A stretch of DNA of 62,477 nucleotides, filler included, from Choristocarpus tenellus KU-1152 (taxonomy: Eukaryota; Protista; Phaeophyceae), in assembly GCA_964200185.2 (NCBI GenBank). It is 11 parts of 11 records of this genome, joined end to end, with 100 filler letters (N's around TTAATTAATTAA, not from the genome) between each part and the next. Parts side by side here need not be neighbours in the genome. Positions count along the whole stretch, not along the records: positions 24,871 to 35,118 come from CAXNAD020003044.1; positions 35,219 to 38,633 come from CAXNAD020020197.1; 9 more parts are not named here. One strand, 5' to 3'. Position numbers and translations under genes: made by a program. A model generated the notes under the pieces. It was not told the DNA's origin, did no database searches, and saw only the letters and a program-made list of their open reading frames with translations. This document shows, one piece after another, positions 25,297-37,412 of this stretch. Positions within the stretch are counted from its first letter, which is position 1. The number at the start of each line of letters is the position of its first letter.

Positions 25297-27336
25297 GTTC
25301 GAAGGGAGTGTGAGCGTTTGGGTTTGTCTCCCATGACCGGCCCAGTGGTCACGATAGACCACCGGGTAGAACTAATGCAACTAAAAATCGTTGAGTTTCA
25401 CCGCAGAAAGATGCTTGTATACGAGTCGCAGCGCCGGCAGCAGTGGTATAATGGCATCGCTCCTCACAACCTGACCCTGCTTCGTAGCTTTTCAAGGCAA
25501 CACCTTGTTGATTGTCTGAAGAAAGCTTTGAATGATCACAACATTGATCAAGTGTGCCGACAGGTAGAAGTAGGTGCTGACCCAGCCACTGAAGTATTCT
25601 CGGGACTATTTCCACTCATGCTCGCAGTGTGGAAGCGGTCGAGTGTGGCTATCCAGCGCCTTCTGAAAGCAGGGGCTGATGTCGACCAAGACAACTCACA
25701 TGGAATGACTGCACTGATGTGGGCAGTCAAGCGAAATGATTATACAATGACAGAGGCCCTGCTTGAAGCGAAGGTGGATGTACCCCTTGAGGGTCAGCGG
25801 GGGTGGACTGCAATGGCTGTGGCTGCACATCATGGGAGATTGGAGATGGTGGAGTTCCTCATTGAATCTATGCTAGCATCAGATAAGGTGGCGGGGCAGA
25901 TGAATGTGGACCGTGCTCTCAACCACCGTAGCACCGTCAATGGTGGTCTGACGCCGGCGATGATCGCTGCCCGGCACAGGAATGAAGCTATGGTTAGACT
26001 TCTTCTTCGAAAGGGCGCTAATCCTAGAGTGCGATGCTATAAAGGGTATCATGCTGGAGAGCATGCAGTCCAGGCTGGGTGGAAAGTCCTTGGTCAATGG
26101 CTGCAGGAGACGGAGGCATTTGGAGCAGATGGTGTGTACACCTATGCTGACATGCAGAGAGAGAAGCAGCTTTGGGTGGAATCTGCTCAAATGGTTGAAG
26201 CTATTTCAAGTGGTGCCATAATTGAAAAGCACAGGGTTAACCTTGTCGATGATGAGGGGGTTGAAGGAGAAAATGATGTAGCAACAGAGATAGAAAAGAA
26301 TGCTTCTTGGGTTGTACTGTTGAAGGATACCCTACACCAGGCATCACAGCAAGGTGAAGGCTTACCAAAGACTGTGGAGATACTGAAAGCGGGGCAAGCT
26401 GCACCAGACACAGAGACAGATGTTGGACATACTGCTCTCATATCAGCTTCATATAGAGGCTTGGAGAATGCTGTGCGACTCCTAATCCAGGAGGGTGCTG
26501 ATCCAAGCTACTCAAACCGCAATGGGCGATCAGCCTTGATGGCTGCTGCAGCAGCAGGCCACTACAAAGTAATACGCTTATTGTTGCTAGAAGGGGCAAA
26601 TGCCTCGGCCATAGATGTGTATGGGAAGGCAGCTAGCTCATATGCATTTGAAAAGGGCTTTGAAGAGCTCGCTAGGCTGCTTGCACTTGCAGTTGCACAT
26701 GGAAATGAAACGGCATTGAAATGCCACTTTGACAGGGCATACAAGAGTAAAACTGAGGCCCGGGAGACGTGTATACAGGCAGTGCGGGAAAAAACGGAGG
26801 GGGAAAAAAGAGGTGAAAAGGTGAATAACTTGATGCCGGACATGAGAAGGCGTTGGGAGGATGCTGAAGGACATACCACAAAAGCTGAACCTGTCGGAAA
26901 GTCGCCAAGGTCAACCCAAGTAGGAAGACTTCAGCCAGAATTGTGTGCGTCGGAAATGGGAAAGGGAGCCCATCTTTCAGCAGTCAGGGGAAACAATACC
27001 GGCCAGACTACAGAAGATAAGCCACGATGCCCAAAATGCACGCTTGTAATTCCTTGTGCTCATTTCGAGTCTCTGTTGAGGTTGCAGCTGGAGTTCCCTG
27101 AAGGAGTTCCAGAATGGCGATGGAACAAACGACAAGTAATCACAAAAGTAAGAAATCAACGTCAGAGGGGTCCAATGATGAAGAAGGCTACATGGGAAGG
27201 GGAAACAGCTGGGAATCGCAAAAAGGGAGGGGGTGAGATTCCCTGGTGGAAAATACTTCTCCAGGCACACCAAGAAATAAACCGTCACCCTGGAAGGCCT
27301 CAGGGAAACCCGTTGGAGAAGAAAATGCTAAAGTGA
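25297..27336 (+). CDS. Ankyrin-repeat protein, large terminal exon (5'-partial)
   Basis: Within the 705-aa ORF; acceptor GGGCAG at 25296 after a pyrimidine tract. Two ankyrin clusters (GMTALMWAVKRND, GWTAMAVAAHHG, GLTPAMIAARHRN; GHTALISASYRG, GRSALMAAAAAGH) and a C-terminal CPKCTLVIPCAH motif. Confidence 0.9.
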   Translation, partial: VRRECERLGLSPMTGPVVTIDHRVELMQLKIVEFHRRKMLVYESQRRQQWYNGIAPHNLTLLRSFSRQHLVDCLKKALNDHNIDQVCRQVEVGADPATEVFSGLFPLMLAVWKRSSVAIQRLLKAGADVDQDNSHGMTALMWAVKRNDYTMTEALLEAKVDVPLEGQRGWTAMAVAAHHGRLEMVEFLIESMLASDKVAGQMNVDRALNHRSTVNGGLTPAMIAARHRNEAMVRLLLRKGANPRVRCYKGYHAGEHAVQAGWKVLGQWLQETEAFGADGVYTYADMQREKQLWVESAQMVEAISSGAIIEKHRVNLVDDEGVEGENDVATEIEKNASWVVLLKDTLHQASQQGEGLPKTVEILKAGQAAPDTETDVGHTALISASYRGLENAVRLLIQEGADPSYSNRNGRSALMAAAAAGHYKVIRLLLLEGANASAIDVYGKAASSYAFEKGFEELARLLALAVAHGNETALKCHFDRAYKSKTEARETCIQAVREKTEGEKRGEKVNNLMPDMRRRWEDAEGHTTKAEPVGKSPRSTQVGRLQPELCASEMGKGAHLSAVRGNNTGQTTEDKPRCPKCTLVIPCAHFESLLRLQLEFPEGVPEWRWNKRQVITKVRNQRQRGPMMKKATWEGETAGNRKKGGGEIPWWKILLQAHQEINRHPGRPQGNPLEKKMLK

Positions 27337-27486
27337 AGGCTTATTATTTCCACAGGGCACCTTGATGCTCTATAGTCGGATCCCTCTATGTGAAAGGTGA
27401 AAACGCAAGCCAAGGTGGTGCAATGAGGTGTGTTCATTACAACTGTTTGAGCACTGGGAAGAGGTGATTCACCTGTAGAACCATAA

Positions 27487-27487
<1 letters not shown>

Positions 27488-27534
<47 letters not shown>
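27488..27534. repeat. (TG)n microsatellite
   Basis: Perfect TG run. Confidence 0.95.
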
Positions 27535-27535
<1 letters not shown>

Positions 27536-28751
27536 GATGTTTTGACCTACTACTTAGATTTTTAGTACTTCAAAAAGGAACTTGGAGTAGTGTATTTGTG
27601 GTGTCCCCAAGTGTCTAATGATGTAGAAAATTTTCGTTCATTCCCCCCCTTATTTGTTTAACTCAAGAATCCATTTCAACATATTCTAATCAAGTGTAAG
27701 GATTGGGCCATACAAAGAAAAGCAGTGTTTATCCAGGCGATTTTTTCTTGCCAGCCTCTACCGATCTCTCCTTATTTTTCAAGGGTTAATTCTGAGCAAT
27801 GAATACAAGGTCCCAGGAATACAATAATTCACACTACTAAGTCAATCAAAGACACCCCTTGTACATAAGGTAGTGTACGAACTATTTTTTATTCTACACT
27901 CCGTAATAGAAGATCCAGTAGTGCCATATATATATATATATTGCGAGCAGCATTCTAAAATAGTGCACCACATAATACATTATAGAGCTACAAGTAGTAC
28001 TAATTCCACACAGAAGCTCATACTCGGTATTGTAGGTATCCGTCTGTCCCAACACAGAACAACTGAACATTTTGACAAGCATGCATCATGCAAGCGATAA
28101 TATTATGTTAAGACGCCAGGAAGATTATGGGGTATTTTTAGGCATGGAGTGGGGGTAGGAAGTGTAGCAATGCAAAAGAATAGGAGGCGAAAGTGCATGG
28201 TGACCAAGCCGGTAATGGGGATTCGTTTCCAGCTACATACAGGCTCGCCAAAGCAATTTTGATCTCTATCCGCAACATCACAGCAAAAAAAACGCTACTG
28301 CTAAAAAACAGGTTCCCTGGCAAACAAATGCAAAGTGTGATCGTGCAGGTGCTGTGCTTTGAAGGCGGGATGCAAAACGCAAAGATACGGGCACGATAAG
28401 CTCCCTCCTGCACCTCTGCTTTGAAGACATTACTTGGATCCTCGAGAAAAACGGCGCACGAAACCCAATTGAGAGTCAAATCACCACATAAAATGTCGAA
28501 AAATATCGCCGTCATTTTTTTCGCCTAAGTAGCGGTAACTAGGCACGAACTGTACAACCACCATATTGATTGATGAAAGTACGAAATTGGCTCTGACCAT
28601 GGGTCCAATGAGATGGGAGCCTATACTACCGTTGTGTGATAATGCAATAACACAAACTGTCCAATGGCAAGGAAACTACAGTATGTATGTATACCTACCT
28701 ATTTTCTGTGGTTAAAAGATGTCTGGCAATGGCTTGGCAGGTCAGACTCGG

Positions 28752-29011
28752 CAGTGAAAGTACCTTAGAGGGTACGAGTTTTATCCTGTTTGTCCATTTG
28801 GGACTTGGCTTCCCACGGGCTTTTTATGACATTTTATTACTCCAAAATGTTTTCAAAGTAGGTAACATGTATAGGTTATGAAAATGTGTGTCCGGATCAA
28901 GGATAATGATGCTTTCTAACAAACACGATAGCCAAGAAAACATCAAAATCGCAACATTGGGTTTTGGCCCCCCAAATGGACACGGCTCTACTCTCTAAGA
29001 TACGTTGGCTC
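28752..29011. mobile_element. MITE family A, full length (opposite orientation to the 9447 copy)
   Basis: CAGTGAAAGTACCTTAGAGGG, with GTCCATTTGG after a 26-nt spacer; other end CTCTCTAAGATACGTTGGCTC; flanks TCGG/TAGG. Confidence 0.92.
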
Positions 29012-29729
29012 TAGGGTGTTTCACTGGACTTTGACTGCTAGTAACGCATTTCAGTGTATGTGCAAACCCCTTTACCTACTCTGCATCCCAAGCATTATTC
29101 TGCAATCCAATCCGCACATCCACACCAACACCTGGCACCAACAGCAATAAACCAACCGTAGTTAAACCTGCAACCTGTAAGCCTCAGGGCCATGGACCAG
29201 CAACGGCTAAACAGCACTTATCCTTTTGTAATGACACCATCGGTGGTGCAAAACAGGGTGTACCAAGCCAATGCTCACGCAGTACTTGAACACTGTGCAT
29301 GGTCAGACAGGACCTGTACAGTCATGCACATGGAAACAAAATCATTTTGCAAGCTCTCCTCCAAGATGGGCGTCGACAGAGTGGCTACGCATTTAACCAA
29401 ACCTGATCCGCATGGTGTTAAGCCTCGCCCAGCCACTCATCCAGACACAGTGGAGGTGACCATGAAGGATCGGAATTGAAGACTAGGGCCATCGTAAAGG
29501 CCACTTTTAAAGATTTCCCTTTGCTATACATAACAACAGAGTAACTGTTGATTGATCACAGGAAGAATATCTCTGCAGTCATTGTAAATTCTAGGAATAT
29601 ACATGGAGGGGGACCTGTAGGCAAGTGTACGGTGTAATCTGCAATGTATGTACAAGGCGAGGTCTTTCAAGGGCAGGAATGAACTGGGTTCAGCATAGAA
29701 CATGACCACGTGGTGGAACATTCTTGACA

Positions 29730-29905
29730 GCTCAAAAGTGTCTGGGGGGGGGGGGGGGGTCTACACCAGGATGTCCATTCAGGCCCCGATCAGGAGAAGA
29801 GCACTTTCATTATCCATCCGACGCATGCAACCAAATTCATCCAAAAATCACAACATGGAAAAATGGGCCCCAATTGGACAGCCGCCACCCCAGATATTTT
29901 TCTCC
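29730..29905. mobile_element. MITE family B, diverged full-length copy
   Basis: AAAGTGTCT, poly-G, CTACACCAGGATGTCCATT ... TTGGACAGCCGCCACCCCAGATATTT. Confidence 0.85.
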
Positions 29906-31441
29906 ACAGAAGGAGTAGGCTAATGTGGCCATATATGACCCCTCATTGCTGCCAGCTTCTACAGGCCGTGAATGCAACTGGAGCATCTACAGGGAGGTCA
30001 TAGGGGGTAAGCACTTATGAATGGCCCCAAAAAGTCATGGTAAATGCTGTGTATGTGTGTGCCAACCTTGAATTGATGCTCTAGGAGTACATGAAGGATG
30101 ACAAGGCATACGCGAATGAGGGTGCGAAATGGGATGGCGACAACATCATATGGGGTTTGGGGTCATGTGAGAAGAGCGGCCACAGCAGCATCTTGGGGGA
30201 TTCTAGCGATGATGAGAAATAAGATATGTTGGTCCGTAAACATATTCTACAGAGTAACAATACTGCTGCCTCCATATAGAAACTACGGTGTCCAACAATG
30301 GGACACATGAGGATTCACAAGATAGTAATATATTCTGCACACACTACCTGCAGAAAATACATTCCGAAAATATTGTCTGAAGGAGTTCATGTCCACACCT
30401 TTTCGTTCACTGTTTTATGCTTAATGCTCACTGACATTTGGCCGTTCTCAGTTATTAGGTGGGAGAAAAAACGTCCTCAGTACTCCAGAGCACAAGAGAA
30501 AAAAGCAACCAACACCAGAGTCTGTATTGCTAATAGCAAGGCCTTCCTCATCTAATTGTTGCATATTTGAAGTACATACGTACCAAAACAGTTCGTATTA
30601 TACGGAGTATTTCATTATTATTATTTTACAAGAAACAGAGGCAACTAATTCCATTAGTACACCACTGGACGTCAACTCCAATATCAGTAGACCATGATGG
30701 CACGATGGAGGTGGTCTATAGGTGAGGGAAAAATGACAAGAAGAGCAGGTCAGGTCCAATTTCCTGCTTTGGGGGGAATGCGTTGGTATCCAAACATCGA
30801 TGTTGGTGTTTCTGACATATTGATATATAGGTGCCAAGGTCTTTAGATCAAGAGGCAAAGGTCGCTAAGGGTGGTTAAGGGTAAAAACACTTGTTACCTA
30901 ACATCCTTGTGGTTCCTATTCATAATTAGTTCGCAGTTATCTTCGTTCTCAGAAAATCGAAAATCGCGCGCTATGTGTAGGGAGGTAGGTGCGTGTACTT
31001 ACCGATTATGGATGTGGTAGCTGTAACACATTGGAAACAAGTACGTCACTGACTTCTTCTTTTTTTTCAAATTATTAACAAAATCCTTAAGCGATCGATA
31101 CCAACTATTTTTTTGTGTAAATTAGAGGTCTACACTAGGTCTAGAACTCCAGGACGATAGTGACGACTCTAGGGGGGAAAGGGCAAGCTAAATCGGGTTA
31201 CATAATGCATTTCTGTCTGGCATCAAGTCTTCGCTTTGTCAAGTGATGTTCCTCTAAGTTTGTGATCCACCAAGTGATTTTGGAGACCCACTAAGCAACC
31301 GTTGGTGATCCTTGTGAGTGTTGAACTTCGCTTTCGTTTGATTGAGAAGTCTAATACCAGCTGGTAGAATCAAGGAGTGAGTGCCACCACGGAATGTCTT
31401 GCATTGCAGTATCCAAGCGTTTGCAGGGTGTAGATGCAAGA

Positions 31442-34332
31442 ATGGAGAGCGTGGGACCACCACCTCGTACCGTTCCGGTTCAGACCCTCAGGAGGGGGAC
31501 AGTGAAAAAAGCTCGAGCTGCACCCCAACTCGTCGATTCAGTTCGTGAAGTTGTACAAGCCTTTGAGTTCGAGTATGCCCAAGTCCGTGCCGAGTCCATC
31601 GAACTCAAGTCTATAGTGGAAGAGCGACGTATCCAGCTTTCCACTCTCCGTCATCATCTTGAGAAGGAATCAAGCGATAACGGAACGCTGGAGGCGGTCG
31701 TTCAACACCGTAGCGCAAGGAACGAAAGGGGGGATGCTCAGCTTGCGGCACTCGAGGCTGACTTCGATCTTACCGTAACAGAAGACACCGACCTAACTCA
31801 TCAGACCTCGGGAGTCAAGGAGGAACTGGAAGATTTCTGCTTGGAGTATCGGGACATTCAGGACAAAATTAGGTTGACGAGAGACAAGGAAGATCGCCTA
31901 GAGGCCATACTAGCCAGACGGCAGGGTGCATTATCTTCAGCTTTGGAGAAAAGCGAGTATCTCCGCAGTGCGGTCGATGATGGGCGAAGAATGGTACAAG
32001 AAAAACTAGAGATCCTTCGGTTGAAGCAAGAGAGTTTCACTTCCTCACAAGCTTCACTAAAGAATGCAGAGGTTGACCTCCAAGAGCTCAATGGGGTTGA
32101 AATGGCTATTCAGCAACAGGTGGAGGAGAAGGAAGAGGAATGTGAACGAGTGAAAGCCTCTGTTCAAAAGGCCAATACCGACGCAGATGAGGTTGGTACT
32201 GTGTGCTTGCTCCATCTCTGTGCGGTTGTCAATCTCCCTGGGGTTTCCATTCATCGACAGTACATTGCGCGATACCTATTATACCCACACTCTTGTCAGT
32301 TAACCCGACTGTTTCCGAGTGTACCTGGGCTTCATGTACAAGCTACGTTTGCGGACTTGCAAAGGGAGAAGGCTTGAGTTTTTTAGACTCCCGATTTGAA
32401 TCCGTTGAAGCCATATGCCATACATATACCCACCGCATTCAACCTTAGACCTTAGTTGAAGGTCTGATCCTGTTCCACTATCCTTGTCATACCATGTCCC
32501 TGATAGACTCTGCTCAAAATGAGGAAACGCCAGGCAAGCATAAAGGAAGAAATCACTGCTAAGAAACAGGCAGCTAGCTTGCTCGAGCAGCAGATTGCGG
32601 AGGGAAGGAATGCTTGCCTAGCTGTGGAAGGCCAGGTCAAAAATTCCCAGCAAAGGGTGGAGGCAAAGGCTACCTCTCAAGCTGCAAAGCTCAAGGAACT
32701 CGACGCTCTCGAGAAAAGCATCCAGGAACGAATCTTACTATTAGAGTGACCCAAAGTATCTGGGGAGGGGGGGGTGTGTCTAAACCAGGGTGTCCATTTG
32801 GGTCATAACCAGGAAACATGTACTTACATTATCCATCCGACGTATGCTACCAGATCACCAAAAAAATCGTAACATGAAGAAATTGGCCCCAACTGGACAG
32901 CCGCCACCTCCCACAGATACTTTGAGCTAGTTCTCGGGGTTGAGAAGCACCATGTTCCTTAATTACTTTTCAGTATTGCTTCTCTCTGGTACATTTATTT
33001 CCTTAATTTTATCCCATTCCAGCATTGGTGCAGATTTGTCTGCACAGTTGATATTCTCTTCCCCTTTGTATTATTCTCAAAGTATTCCCAACCCCCCCAA
33101 CCCCGACTAGAGCTACCTCTTGAGGTTCTCATCCCCTGCATGTGCAACATTGCCCTAACCTTCTTATTGGCCTATCTCCATTGCAGGAATTGGAAAGAAA
33201 CGAGCTTGGATCTCTAGAGAGTGGTCTCAAACAAATAAGGGCTGAGATTGTGCAAGAGGAGGGATTAGCTAGAGAAGCCTCCGAGCAGCTGGAGAGAGCA
33301 AACACGCAGTTCAGCAGTCTTATGGGAGCCATGTCAAACGGGTTGTGTGAATTTGAGGCAGTGAATTCAGCTAATCGGGAGCTGGATAAGGGACTGACAG
33401 AGGCCAAGGGTGTAATGGCTGCACAGGTAGAGGGCATAACAAGAGAAATGGGATCATTGCAAGAGGAACGTGACCAACTTCTCAGCTCCTGTTCCTTGGT
33501 GAGGGATATTGTCTTAGAGGGGGATGAGGAGATTGCAAGACTGAGGAAGGAGATAGACGTTAGGGAGGATAATATTCTTGGTGCCAGAGCCGCTCTAGAG
33601 GCCTGCCAGAAGATGGGGTCAGCTGCTGAGGAATGTCTAGAAAAGGTTCGGGCTGAAGCGCTGGTGGAGGCCAAAATGCAGAAAGATACCATTGCAGCTG
33701 AGCGCACTCTGGTCAATGATATGGTCACTGCAGTGAACTCCACCAGGACGCTACTGATGCAACGGCAGGTATGAGCAGATCAATTTTCCAAGCAGTGTTG
33801 GAGTAGACCTCTTTCAAGTTCAGCCCATTGTAAGTAAGAACATAGTCTAAATACAAGACCCTAAAAGTCAAGATATTCGCCAAGCTCCTGATCGCTGCTC
33901 TCTGGTGGGACAGTTTGCTTCTGAAGAAGTGACAGTACAGTGGATATACGTTTAGGCCATACCCTCTCTGCTGTAAGGATAAATGGTGTGTTCATGATTA
34001 CTTGCGGAAAAATGACTTTTTACCACAAATTAATCCCTGGCCTTCCGATTAGCCCTATGAGGAATATAACTATACAACCATAATTGCCTGGTGTCCTTTT
34101 TTTCAAGGAGGAACTGACTGGACTTGGTCAAAAGGAAGATGACGACCAGACCCCTCGTGGTCTTGAAAAGGGAGACCTTGGCAGAGTGGAGGATGAGGCC
34201 AGGGCCAACTGTGAGAGCCTGCTATCCAATGACACCGAGCATGCTGCTACAGTTCGAGATCTGGAGGCCACCCTTGCCACTATCAAATCTCGGGGCAGCA
34301 AGATGCTACAGTCGAAAAGGGCAGCTGCTGTA
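31442..34332 (+). CDS. Long coiled-coil protein (3'-partial)
   Basis: E/K/Q/R-rich heptad-like exons 31442(or 31394)-32191, 32507-~32725, 33187-33768 and 34108-34332; possible further exon 34836-34942. The exon-2 donor is unresolved (see findings). Confidence 0.8.
32748..32928. mobile_element. MITE family B, full length (181 bp)
   Basis: GACCCAAAGTATCTGGG ... CAGATACTTTGAGCT; 3-bp duplication AGT/AGT. Confidence 0.92.
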
Positions 34333-35019
34333 GTGAGTGGGTTGGAGTATGGCTGGTTCACTTTACAAAATGCTTTACACACACCTCCCCCCCAACTCCT
34401 GGAAGTGTTGCGTTGCAGGGTGCTATTGAAGGGACTGACATTTTTTTATTGAAACGAAGGTTCCACGTTTCCTGATTTCTGTTCTATACAATTGTATATG
34501 CACGCACCCCTTGTGAGGCATCTAATAATATCACTTGATCACAACTTTGTCGCTGTAAAATAAACCACCAATTAATTCGTGTATGACCAGCTCTTTCATA
34601 TTGTCCAGAATGCCCTGGCTATATATACAGATGATTGGTGCTTATATCGTAAAGAGGGGTAACTATCTCTTGTGCTCACCTTCATATGGAGTAAAATCCT
34701 CTAGGATCCGTGATGAATTATCCAGACCCCATGATAAAATCTTACCTTTGAAGCATCGTGTTTTGGGAAAATTATGGTGTGAATGGCGTGGAATTATGTC
34801 CATGTACCGAGATTGTTCAGATTTCGAGCTGATAGGTTGGAACAGGGAGTTGGACGTTGTGGGGATGGCAGATGAGGGGGACTGAGAACACACTAACAGC
34901 ACCAGAAGAGCGTGAGATAGGAGTAAGTGAAGAGCTGCAGAGGTACCTCACTTTCACAAGAATTGTGGCGTGCTACAGCCTCAGCACTGTGTTCTTCAAC
35001 TGTACTTGAGTCAATCAGT

Positions 35020-35118
35020 GGCCCAAAGTATCTTAGAGGGTAGAGTCACGTCCATTTGGGGGTCTACAATCCAATGTTGCGATATTGATGAAATTTTGGC
35101 TATCGTGTTTGTTAGGAA
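35020..35118. mobile_element. MITE family A, partial (contig end)
   Basis: GGCCCAAAGTATCT, 16 nt, GTCCATTTGGGG. Confidence 0.9.
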
Positions 35119-35926
35119 NNNNNNNNNNNNNNNNNNNNNNNNNNNNNNNNNNNNNNNNNNNNTTAATTAATTAANNNNNNNNNNNNNNNNNNNNNNNNNN
35201 NNNNNNNNNNNNNNNNNNGGATGGTGGAGGATGTACCCCATCAGCTGCATGAGTCACACCGTACCTTAATTGATCCCCGTAATTAGTACCGTGTTAGTAT
35301 CGTACTGGTATGTTGTGGCATCGAGATTTGGTTGGTGTCCACCTGTCCTTTTTTAATCTCAAGGAAGGCGTTTATTGTATGCAAATGGCTACGCGGGGCG
35401 ATCTGCAGGAGGGGAACAGGTGGCAGAATTGGCGCAAGGTTCTGCCAAGAGTGTCTGAGGGTACAGCTTCACCGGCGTACCTGATCTATGTACTGGAGTC
35501 TACGGTCACTTAAGTCTCCTCTACGTCCTTGAACCCAGGTCTTGTGTCACACACACCTGTCCAACACCATTTGTCCCTGGAAGTAGGTCTTCGTGTCTTC
35601 ACAGCTTGACATGAATATCAATGTAGTGCTATACAACTGGAAAGGGAGCGCTGGTGTGATGCTCTCTGCCCAAGATATTAGGAGGGACACTGCGGCACTG
35701 CTTTAAGAACAGTTAACAGCAGCCGGAATTGACACCAAGAACTTGGATGGCGTGTTGCAGATGCGCACGAACAGTCACACGCTCGTCCGCACCCTGTCCT
35801 TCATACCAATGTCCTTGTCAGTGACCCTCATCAACAGTTTGATTTTTTTTAGCGTTGCCCTCCTCTCTACTTCCCTGTCGTTACTCTTCACATACTATGT
35901 TCACATAATATATCCACACACCATAG

Positions 35927-37412
35927 GAAGGCAGAAGAATACCTGGTGGCTTCAGGTCTCACCTATACCATCATTCACCCGGGGGGACTTACAGATGCAG
36001 AAGGTGGAAAGCGCGAACTTGTTCTTGGACTTGATGACACCCTGCTAAAGAGAGACCAACGCAGTGTGCCGAGAGCAGACGTGGCCCGGGTATGTTTGTG
36101 TTCATGTGGGGTTAGGGGGGAAGGGGGAGGGGAGGTTTCTGTTGTCCATGAAATGTCCTTGGCTATAGTCAGTGTGTTAGAGCTCAAGATGCAATGACAG
36201 TGGCACTTCATGTCTGTTGCTCTCTTTTGGTGAGAACCTATCAACCAGTTATTTTGCAATCCTTTTCATGGCCCCTTGTACCGGTGCTCATCTTGGTGGG
36301 GTGGACAGCTGTGTGTGGCAAGCCTGACTATGGAGGCTGCTGCCAACAGATCATTCGATCTCGCCAGCAATGCTGAGGGAGAGGTAAGATTCCTGGCTCA
36401 AGGTGAAGGGGCTCTGAGGTTTGATAGAACATGATGAATTAATGTCATTAATTATTTCTACTGAGGTGGTAGAGTAGTATCTCAACATTTGATAATACTG
36501 GAGGTTGTAGAATTGAATCATGGCTGGACCACTTTTCCAACTCCCTACAGTGGGAGGATGAATAGAGAGAGAGAGAGAGAGAGAGAGGTCTCCAGGGACG
36601 GACTGAAGGGGAAACGCGGATAATTTGAGATGACTGCTCGGGGAGACCATGCAATTGATGGGGTAATGGATGACCCACGGATTGTGCTGATTAGATTCTT
36701 GGCCTCTGATATTGTCAAGAATTGAGAACTACTGTTCCACTGGAGCAGATAGCCACGCAACTGAATTCCCAGGTGGAACAATGGTGTCTCAAAAATTACT
36801 CCTGGAAAATTATATGTATAGTCGAGATTGCACTGTTCTCTCCCCACCCCCTGCAGAATTACCCCTGCCGCTCTTGGAGGGACTACAGCACCTTAGATTC
36901 ATGCACTTCACATTGTGGTACACAGTAGTGACCCCAGAACAGCTCAAGCTGGTTTTATCTGTTCAGTATTAGAGTTACCACTCAACACCAAGTGAAGCAG
37001 AAACAGGATCTGAAACATGCAGTGAAAGGAAGAGGTGACTATTTTGCTTGATGCTCATTCCATGCAGCACATTGTGGCAGAGTTGTCTCCAGCAGCCCCA
37101 TTGTTACATTGCACCCACAGGAGCAGATCCGTATTTGTGCCTCCGTCTCTTCTTCTCTCGGAATGCTAACTTCAACTAATGCTACCTTTCCATATGGAAG
37201 TACTGGTGACACCATCAAGCACTTCAGTAATGGAGGTAGTGCCTTTGTGTATTAGATGCACTACCTACTATTACAACCTTGCTGCTTCCTTGTGTCATGC
37301 TGTCTCTATATATTGACAGGGTGAAGCTACGACAGACTTCGAAGCTCTAATTGGCGGACTGGATGGAAACACCGATTACAGCATCAGTGGCAAGGTGTCA
37401 GACATGAACTAG
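35927..37412 (+). CDS. NAD(P)-binding Rossmann-fold protein (At5g02240-like atypical SDR), last three exons
   Basis: Exons 35927-36089, 36309-36383 and 37320-37412: KAEEYLVASGLTYTIIHPGGLTDAEGGKRELVLGLDDTLL..SVPRADVAR|LCVASL..NRSFDLAS..|GEATTDFEAL. Confidence 0.9.
36563..36587. repeat. (AG)n microsatellite
   Basis: AG run in intron. Confidence 0.9.
36830..37250 (-). mobile_element. Decayed LINE 3' fragment (intronic)
   Basis: EEETEAQIRICSCG...LPQCAAWNEHQAK resembles the C-terminal CxC..H..C knuckle of LINE ORF2. Confidence 0.45.

Noticed and set aside
33129-33743. 204-aa minus-strand ORF
   Set aside because: Antisense shadow of the coiled-coil exon.
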